64,000 nucleotides of DNA from Eledone cirrhosa (lineage: Eukaryota). A model generated the notes under the pieces. The model did no database searches. It was not told where the DNA came from and was given only the letters and a program-made list of their open reading frames with translations. The stretch covers positions 54,994,001-55,058,000 of the forward strand of contig OZ024743.1 of NCBI GenBank assembly GCA_964016885.1. Reading direction: 5' to 3'. A program made the translations under genes and the position numbers. Positions 55,008 to 64,000 of this stretch are shown here, piece after piece (within the stretch, counting starts at the first letter, position 1; each line of letters starts with the position of its first letter).

Positions 55008-55213
55008 CCCTTTAGCATTTACATTACTCTATATTTACTATTGTATTTTCATGGTAAACACTTTATCTCACATAATATTGAATCTGAGATTTTGATATTA
55101 TTTATTTTGAGAGCAATACCTTAACATAAGTATGAGCAACCGCTTACAGCCAGTTTGAACAGAAAGAGGTGAGATAATTCTGGTCGGATCTGGCCGGTTT
55201 AAATGCTAAAGGG
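55008..55213. mobile_element. piggyBac-type MITE (206 bp)
   Basis: TTAA TSDs at 55004-55007 and 55214-55217; TIR CCCTTTAGCATTT / AAATGCTAAAGGG. Confidence 0.9.
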
Positions 55214-55289
55214 TTAAGGCATGCGTCAGCAGCAAAAACTAAGAAAACAACAACGGCAAAACAGTCGCAATAACAGCGATCAAAAAATG

Positions 55290-55512
55290 TATTTTAATTT
55301 AGACACAAGGCCAGCAGTTTATGGGCTGAAGGAGAGGGAGATTCGCTTTAAATCGACCCCAGTACGTTACTGGTACTTTATTTTTATCGACCCCGGAAGG
55401 ACGAAGGGGCAAAGCTAACTTCGTTCAAGATTTGAACTCGGAATGTAAAGGGTCATAACTAAATTCTGTAAAACACTTTGTCCGACGCTCTACCAATTCT
55501 GTCAATCCTCCA
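55290..55512 (-). mobile_element. Diverged SINE family 1 relative
   Basis: ACTGGTACTTTATTTTTATCGACCCCGG...GATTTGAACTC...CCGACGCTCTACC. Confidence 0.75.
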
Positions 55513-56099
55513 CCAAATAATAATAATAACAACAACAATAGTAATTGCATCAACACTAAAAACAGCTACGACAAACAGTCTCCCCGACAACAACAGCGAC
55601 GAATCATTAACAGCAAATGTAATGTTAGCATGAACAACGGCTGCAACGAGAAAACATGAACAGCAACAACAACAATCACAACTACGACCACTAGAAAACA
55701 TTAAAAACAACAATAGTAATAGCAACAATAAGAATCGCATAAAAGTTAACGTTATGCATATTGCAATGTAATTTTCGTCTCTGAAACGAAAGAATGTTGC
55801 CGTAAATTCTTCATAATTTATATTCTTAGCTTGCAACTGCCAAGTTTCTTGTTTCATTTTACAATTTCTAATCTCAACACTTCTTTGGTTCTATTACCCT
55901 GCTCATTCTATGCCTTGATATGCCGAGAGCTAAATGAGTCTTTAGGGATGGAGAGAAACTTCAGAACGACCGCTACATCGTACAGCTTATAGCTTATAGC
56001 ATTGCTATGTAATACGAGAACTGGTAGGTTGTAACACAGTAACAACCGTGTACTTGAACGAAACGATTATTAGCGCTCAACAATGTACCAACATTAATC

Positions 56100-56160
<61 letters not shown>

Positions 56161-56167
56161 TATATAC

Positions 56168-56324
<157 letters not shown>

Positions 56325-56426
56325 TATCGGGATGTGCATGTACGTCTATGTTTATATGTATTTACACATCTGTTTTCACGAGAGGTGTGCGCATCTGTAT
56401 ATATGTCTGCATTTGTGTGTGTCTCA

Positions 56427-56521
<95 letters not shown>

Positions 56522-56649
56522 GTGTGTGTGTAGAAGTATTTTAGTGTATCTCACGATTTGTCAATGTACTTATGCGTATATATTAAATCTGTTTACACAA
56601 CAATCAGTATGTTAACTGTCACATGTCAACCAGTCCTTACACACACACA

Positions 56650-56680
<31 letters not shown>

Positions 56681-56865
56681 GCGCGCGCGCACACGCACAC
56701 GCACACGCACACGCACACGCACACGCACACGCACACGCACACACACACACACGCACGCACACGCACGCACACACACACCACACACACATACACTCACACA
56801 CACACCACACACACACGCGCACACACAACGCGCGCACACACACACACACATATATATATAATAAT

Positions 56866-57485
56866 AAAAATTGTCTCTACTTTTGGCACAAGGCCAGCAA
56901 TTACCCAAATGCATTACTGGTACTTTATTTTATCGACCCCGTAATGATGGTGGATTTGAACTCAGAAGGCAAAGGGCCATAACTCTATGCTGCAAAGCAT
57001 GGTGTCTGACGCTCTATCGATACTGCCAATAATAATAAAAGGACGATTTGTTATGTATTCAATACGTTTATTAAACAGTGACGCGCATTTCGCTATTGAT
57101 AAGTTCAAGGATCGATCTGGGTCGATCTAGCCCGACTCTGGATTCGAAAGCTCGTTGGACCTCTGCTGAGGCAATAACAAACTTTTTATTCCAGAGTCGG
57201 GCTAGATCGATACAGATCGATCCTGGAACTGATCAATAGTGAAACGCGCGTCCCTATTCAATAAACGTAATGAAAACATAACCAATCTTCCTTTTATTAT
57301 TGGATTGGCAGTATCGGTAGAGAGTCGGACGCCATGCTTTCCAGCATAGTTACGTCCCTTTACGGTCTGAGTTCAAATTCCGCCGAGGTTTACTTTGCCT
57401 TTCATCCTTACGGGGTCGATAAAATAAAGTACCAGTAATGCACTGGGTAATTACTTGCCTTGTGCCTAAAGTAGAAACAATTATT
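56866..57485. repeat. ~620-bp composite palindrome (SINE, fold-back, SINE)
   Basis: SINE (-) at 56868-57030, inverted arms 57031-57143 and 57189-57300, SINE (+) at 57301-57482. Confidence 0.85.
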
Positions 57486-57665
57486 ATAATTACACTGTTT
57501 AGTTCTACACCTTTTTACTGGAAACTATGCATTGAGTGCTCACTCGGGTGAACCCAAAGTCACTACAAGTTACATTCCCTATATATACATATATATTTAT
57601 ATTATTTCTATAATTTTATATTTCTAAACTTTTATATATGCTCATTGCCTGTTCGTGTCCCTTAT

Positions 57666-57764
<99 letters not shown>

Positions 57765-58023
57765 TATGCACGTACGTTTGGCTAAACACTTTTATCTATT
57801 ACGTATTCTCGCATGTATGAATATGCACAAATACACACATATATATATATATAGCCCACATACAGTCACATGCACATACATATATATAGCACATATACAC
57901 TTACACATACATATATCGCATAGAGAGGCACACACACACACGTATACAACACAAACATTTACTTAAATAGATAAATATATTTACATATATATGTTTGTGT
58001 GCATGAATATATATACCATATAT

Positions 58024-58094
<71 letters not shown>

Positions 58095-58220
58095 TTTTTT
58101 AATATAGATGATATTCTACAGGACTAGAACTGTTTCATTCTTTAGAAATCATCAGTAATGATTCCTGATGATTTCTAAAGAATGAAACAGTTCTAGTCCT
58201 GTAGAATCTCATCTATATTA
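58095..58220. mobile_element. Fold-back with hammerheads (family C)
   Basis: Plus copy 58160-58208: GATTC CTGATGA tTTC taaa GAAt GAAA CAG ttctagtc CTG TA GAATC. Confidence 0.88.
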
Positions 58221-58292
58221 AAACTTTCATACTCTGCAATGTATTGAGTACCTTACTTACTGTGCTTACCTCCGATTCAACCCGGAATAACG

Positions 58293-58393
<101 letters not shown>

Positions 58394-58419
58394 AGAGAGA
58401 GAGAGAGGATGAGAGAGAA

Positions 58420-58476
<57 letters not shown>

Positions 58477-58615
58477 TATCTTGTCTTTAATGCGTAGAAA
58501 TATTCATGATCTCCAGCAGACAACTGATGAAGGAATATTATCCCCCGTTCATGCTTTCCTCTTATTCATAAATACACCTGCTCCACCAACTACACAGCCC
58601 CTCTTTCCTCTCTCT

Positions 58616-58654
<39 letters not shown>

Positions 58655-58906
58655 GCTGACAAATTGTTCACAGTTGAAAAATGGTTTAATTAGGAATAAA
58701 AGAGTATTAGTGATTGTATGGGTTAGTATATATATATACTATATATATAAGAACAAGTATGACCCCGACGGCCGAGCTCAAGCCGTTTCGACGGCTTCAG
58801 CTCTGCCGTCGGGGTCATACTTGTTCCTATTACCCACTCTACTACCCTAAATATTGAGTACTTTGGTGCGTTATGGTCCATCAGGTCCCTTACCACAATT
58901 CCTTCG

Positions 58907-58965
<59 letters not shown>

Positions 58966-59083
58966 CATACATATATGTATATACATATATATATATATAC
59001 ATATAGATATATATAGATATATACATATATAACAAATAGAATGACAGGAGGCTGGACTGGTGTAAATCCTTGAAAAGTTTATT

Positions 59084-59141
59084 ATACCATGATCATTTCA
59101 ATGACCGGGTTCCGTATGAATCCGGTGATATCATCAGGTAT
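59084..59141 (-). ncRNA. Type I hammerhead motif, probably inactive
   Basis: Reverse complement: ATAC CTGATGA t ATCACCGGATTC atacg GAACCCGGTCAT t GAAA TGATCA TG GTAT. The cleavage position is G, not H. Confidence 0.65.
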
Positions 59142-61504
59142 TCGAAATATAACAAAGAATATATAAAATGGATGGGTCCGAAAATCAGAAACAGAGAGGA
59201 CGATTAACCAACTAGCTGCTTTCACCTGGGTCAGTCGCCCTCAAGTGATGGCAACTCGGTCTGTTAATGACCATCTGGTGAGGGGGCGAAGGCTTATAAT
59301 GTACTACCACCTCTCCGTCAGAGAATAAAAAAAGAAAGAAAGAAAGAAAGAAGAAAAGTCAGCGTACGGGTCACACTACAGCCATGCTAGAGGACGCCGC
59401 GAAAAATGTTATTCCAAAGAACCCATATTTTAACAAAGGCATATATATGGGTGTCTGTATAGTCTAATGTGTGAACAGAAAATTGGAACGTTAACTTATG
59501 TTAAGAGTTATAGGATGAAATTAAATTATTAGAAAATTAATAGAAAATTAAAGGTTTGTGTTGCGAGATTTATTTAATGAAATTACAGAGAGAGTCTTAT
59601 ATGAAAAAGTGTAAGTGTATTATAGGGAATCTCGATAGGTTATCAAGGTGGGATATAGAGTAAAGATAAAAGCCTTCGATTGTAAATCCCAGCCAGCACC
59701 TCCTAACCACGTGTCAGCCAGTTTCGAGTGGTATCGTCTAGCGAAATAAATGGAAATTAATTTTTCCGAGTACTCTAGGAACGTAGCTGCAATAGGCTCC
59801 GGGTCTGCTAGCGGGAAGTCAACCAGCTTCTACAGGCTATCGTCTATACGAAACGAATACTATTAATTCACACAGGAGGGGTTTATTTACGTGCCACCAC
59901 AGGAAAGCACGATACAGCTAACAGTTATGTCTAAGCCTTGAGTTTATAGGTATGAGTATAATGTTGCGGACAAAACAGGCGGTGCTGGGGGCCCTGGGGC
60001 AAATCGATCCGCTCCGAGTAGTTTCGTTTACCGAAAGAGGGGAAATTTAGTTTTCCAAGCACCCAAGGGAGGCTGAACTTTCCGAGCGCCCGGCGCACAG
60101 CCGGGAAATCCACCACATCAGTCGAAAGTGGTAAAACCCAATGAAAAATGCCAATAGACTATAATTATTTTAAAGTCCCTGTTAGTCCGGGTTATAAGTA
60201 GTGTGGTTCTTTGGTGGGTAGGGAGCTATGAATGGTGCATAATGACCTGAGTAAGGAATAATAAGCAGCAAATCACAAATAAATAAAAGCAGGATACTCC
60301 TGTTATTCTATTTGTAATAATTAACTCCGTATTAGCACCACCAACTACACAAACGAAGACGGGTGAACTGCACTATGTTGAGTACTCTCCATAATATTAC
60401 ATCAAGATTGACCATATGGAATGACCAATTCTATCCAGTGGTGAACCAACAAACCTAAATAAATATATACATATATATATATATATATTGAACTTAGGAA
60501 AATTGAACAAGGCAAAACGAAAAACATTTCTTTAAAGGGAAAATCTTTTAAAGAAAATGTTTTAATCAAAATACAAACGAAATACACAGAATTTCAAGGT
60601 CTTCAGCCTCGAGATTGACAACCGGATCGATGGTGAAGAGCAAGAATCTGCCTGGCTTCTTCTACCAAGACGAAAATTAATGTCATATGGATAAGCAGTT
60701 CGATAAGTTTGACACGATTCCCTGGTAACTTCGATCCTTCTATAAATAAGTATCCACTCAATGTTTCGAAAAATAGATCACACACATACACACGCGCGCA
60801 CACGTATATATATATATATTTATAATATTGAAAACAAAGCGAGGCTTCACATTAACGTCTATATTGATTATACATAATAATGACGATTTCACAGATGGGT
60901 GGCTCAGGATCTATATTAATGCTATAGACCCGACTCCAGCCCGATCTGCTTTTCAGACTTGTTAATTAGACTTGATAATCAGGCTGTTTGATACCCATAC
61001 AGAAACACAAACATACACACACACTCATGTAGACACAGACACACACATGCACAGACACACACACACTCGCAAACACAGACCCACACACGCACACACACAC
61101 ACATACGCATAACATACAGACACACACAAATGCAAGGGACAGTAGTAAACTTAATGTTATTAACAGGTGTATGACGAAAGAACTCTGATAATATATATAT
61201 ATTATTATACTTGGGGCGGGTCATATTGTTGTAATATTGCCAGAAATAATAACAATATGACCCTCCCCAAGTATAACAATATTTGTTTCGACACACGATT
61301 TCATCTCACTGTATATATATATAAGCAAAAGGGATATTCAATTTGGTACGCTCTCATCATTGATAATGTATCTTTTCTTGGTTATGTCAAAATTCATAAA
61401 ACAAACTTTGTATTTTATCTGATGAGAGCGTACCAAAGTTTTGGTACCCTTGAAATAGAATAAATATGGTTTTATAAATATAGTTTCCATTTATGTAATA
61501 TCAT

Positions 61505-61852
61505 TGTATATATATATATATATATATTAATAAGAGGAATTCCAACTTTGTCTGATTTACTCGTTTTATTTACAATCCTTTAAAATGTATATAATGGTAT
61601 TATAATGAAATAGTATGATAGAATATTAACTTCTAAGTGTTAATTGAACAAGTACTTTCATGCTTTCGCAATCTTCAGGTTCATGATATGTGGTGACAGT
61701 CGAGTTTGCAATTTTCAACTAGTTGTTCAATTAACACTTAGAATTTAATATTCTATCATACTATTTCATTATAATACCATTATATATATTTTAAAGGATT
61801 GAAAAAAAACGAGTAAATCAGACAAAGTTGGAATTCCTCTTATTAATATAAT
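61505..61852. mobile_element. Fold-back of HHR family B
   Basis: Minus HHR at 61645-61683 has the same core as 29970-30010; the right arm lacks the HHR core. Confidence 0.85.
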
Positions 61853-61902
61853 CTTCTATACACAATCATACACACCCGTGTATATTTACCTATCTATCTA
61901 TC

Positions 61903-61936
<34 letters not shown>

Positions 61937-62324
61937 TATTTTAAATGTTGGTCAATCAATAATAAACATTGATTGCCAGCTAAATTAACTATAAGGATAT
62001 AAAATATACTGAAGCGAAAACCAACCCAAAACAAACAGTGAGTGTTTTATGATATATTTCTGGCAATATTATAACAATATGACCCTCCCTCAAAATGTTA
62101 TATATTTATATTAAATGTACGACATGCTACTGTATGCTTGTCACGGATTTATTACACTTCATTGTAATCATTAAGCAAATTGTGGTCCGACATGTATGTA
62201 TGAATGTATGTGTTTGTGGTCCGACATGTATGTATGTATGTATGTATGTATGTATGTATGTATGTATGTATGTATGTATGTATGTATGCAGGTGCGCGCG
62301 TGCATGTTTGTATGTTCTTCTGGT

Positions 62325-62475
62325 TTTAGTAGCGGTAGAGCGTCAGATATGTTTCCCGGCATAGAGTTACGGCCCTTTACGTTCTGAGTTCAAATCACGT
62401 CGAAGTCAGCTTTGACTGTCATCCTTATGGGGTCGATAAAATAAAGCAACAGTAATGCACAGGATCGATTTAAAT
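62325..62475 (+). mobile_element. SINE family 1 (diverged)
   Basis: CGGTAGAGCGTCAGA...GAGTTCAAATC...GGGGTCGATAAAATAAAG. Confidence 0.75.
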
Positions 62476-63039
62476 GTTCACCAATAGAGAGCCATTTTCT
62501 GACAGAAACAAGATACTATTTAAAAATCAACTAAATAAATACGTCTGTATGTGTATGGATGTGTGTGTGTATGTCTTGATATATTGGCGTACCCGTGTTT
62601 CCGTATCTATATATGTGTATATGCAGTTACTACATGCTGAATTTGTGTGTGCATGCGTGCGCGCGCGCGTGTGTGTGAGAGAGGGGGAGAGAGAGAGAGA
62701 GGGGTACTATGATATTAACATCTGTATGTTACATTATCAGTGTACGATATATTTATACACTTGTTAAACTGACGATGCAACTCTAAGCTATCTATAAGAA
62801 TTTATGTCTAGACATTAGCAGTAAGTATATTATTCATACCAATCGCATTATCAGATATCTCATCACATTAGCGAGTAATCTTTCCTTCTGTTACTATGGT
62901 GTACTGAGATCCGTGATATCCCTTAACTGATATTTCTGATATCAATATGGCTAATCAGCCATTGGATAATCATGAGAGAGAAGGAATATCAAGCGATAAA
63001 GTTATCTTTATTATATTTACAACTGTTATTTCTGAAATT

Positions 63040-64000
63040 TAGGGCAGTGAATTGACTGAGTTACTAGAGAGTCAGACAAAATGATTTGTAGCATTTGTAC
63101 CAGTTTGTCACGTCCTGGATTCAAATCGCGTCGCGTTCAGCTTTGCTTTTCATACTTTCGGGATCGATAAAATGAAATACTAGTTAATTACTGTAGATCG
63201 ATTCAATCAATTTTACCCTCCTCATAGAATTGCTTGTTTTCGCCAAAATAAAAATTATCAACTTTTTTCAAATGTATTTTTTTTTATATATAACAAGGTT
63301 TTATTATTTGAAGGGGTTAAGGGCGGTGGATTGGCAGTATCGGTAGAAGGTCGGACGCCATACTTTGCAGCATAGAGTTACGCCACTTTACGGTCTGAGT
63401 TCAAATCCCGCCGAAGTTAACTTTGCCTGTCCTCCTTATGGAGTCGATAAAATAAAGTACCAGTAATACACTGGGTAATTGCTGGCCTTGTGCCAAAAGT
63501 AGAAACAATTATTTGAAGGGGTCGATATAATAAAGCACCAGTAATGCACTGAGGTCGATTTAATCGACTTTCCCCTCCACCAAAATTACTGGCCTTGTGC
63601 CTATATAAGAAACCATTATTTGAAAGAAGAAGGGTGGTGGATTGGCAGTATCGGTAGAGAGTCGGATACCATGCTTTACAGCATAGATTTCCAGTATCAT
63701 ACGGTCTGAGTTCAAATCCCACCGAGCTTAACTTTGCCTTTCATCCTTACGGAGTCGATAAAATAAAGTACCAGTAATACACTAATATAATTGCTGGCCT
63801 TGTACCAAAAGTAGAAACAATTATTTGAAAGAAGAAAAAAAACCAGAGAGATAGGTTGGCAGAGGCGTCAGAGCGTCGGACAAACGCGTAGCAGTATTTG
63901 TTCGGGATGTTTACGTTCAGAGGTCAAATTTGCTTGTCATCCTTTGATGTCGATAATATAAAGTACCAGTCAATTACTGATGTTGATAAAATCGACATTC
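63040..64000 (+). mobile_element. Cluster of head-to-tail SINE family 1 copies
   Basis: Heads at ~63043 (decayed), 63321, 63633 and 63855, plus a partial body at 63518-63620. Confidence 0.85.

Noticed and set aside
56640-56770. (CA)/(CG)/(CACG) alternating tract with Z-DNA potential
   Set aside because: Ordinary compound microsatellite in a genome full of them; nothing suggests function.

Overview
This is a repeat-saturated, AT-rich eukaryotic (metazoan) window with no recognisable host exon. The SINE families and extreme (TA)n/(CA)n/(ACC)n microsatellite load suggest a cephalopod such as Octopus, which is an inference. Most listed ORFs are microsatellite artefacts. Supported content: (1) One apparently intact, full-length CR1-clade LINE on the minus strand (~41130-45830). 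Its ORF1 has a Myb/SANT-like domain, polyQ and two CCCH fingers. Its ORF2 (APE+RT) lacks an AUG ahead of the endonuclease and overlaps ORF1 in the -1 frame across two canonical slippery heptamers. (2) Roughly 30 intact or decayed type I hammerhead-ribozyme (HHR) motifs from about ten sequence families, several with compensatory base changes between copies. They lie in a young 466-bp tandem array (retrozyme-like), a related 435-bp unit, and many fold-back (inverted) insertions into (TA)n tracts, alongside three Penelope-like GIY-YIG remnants. (3) Many tRNA-derived SINEs, RTE/CR1 remnants, hAT/piggyBac/Helitron-like non-autonomous elements and satellites. All coordinates and counts were read by eye; element boundaries are approximate.
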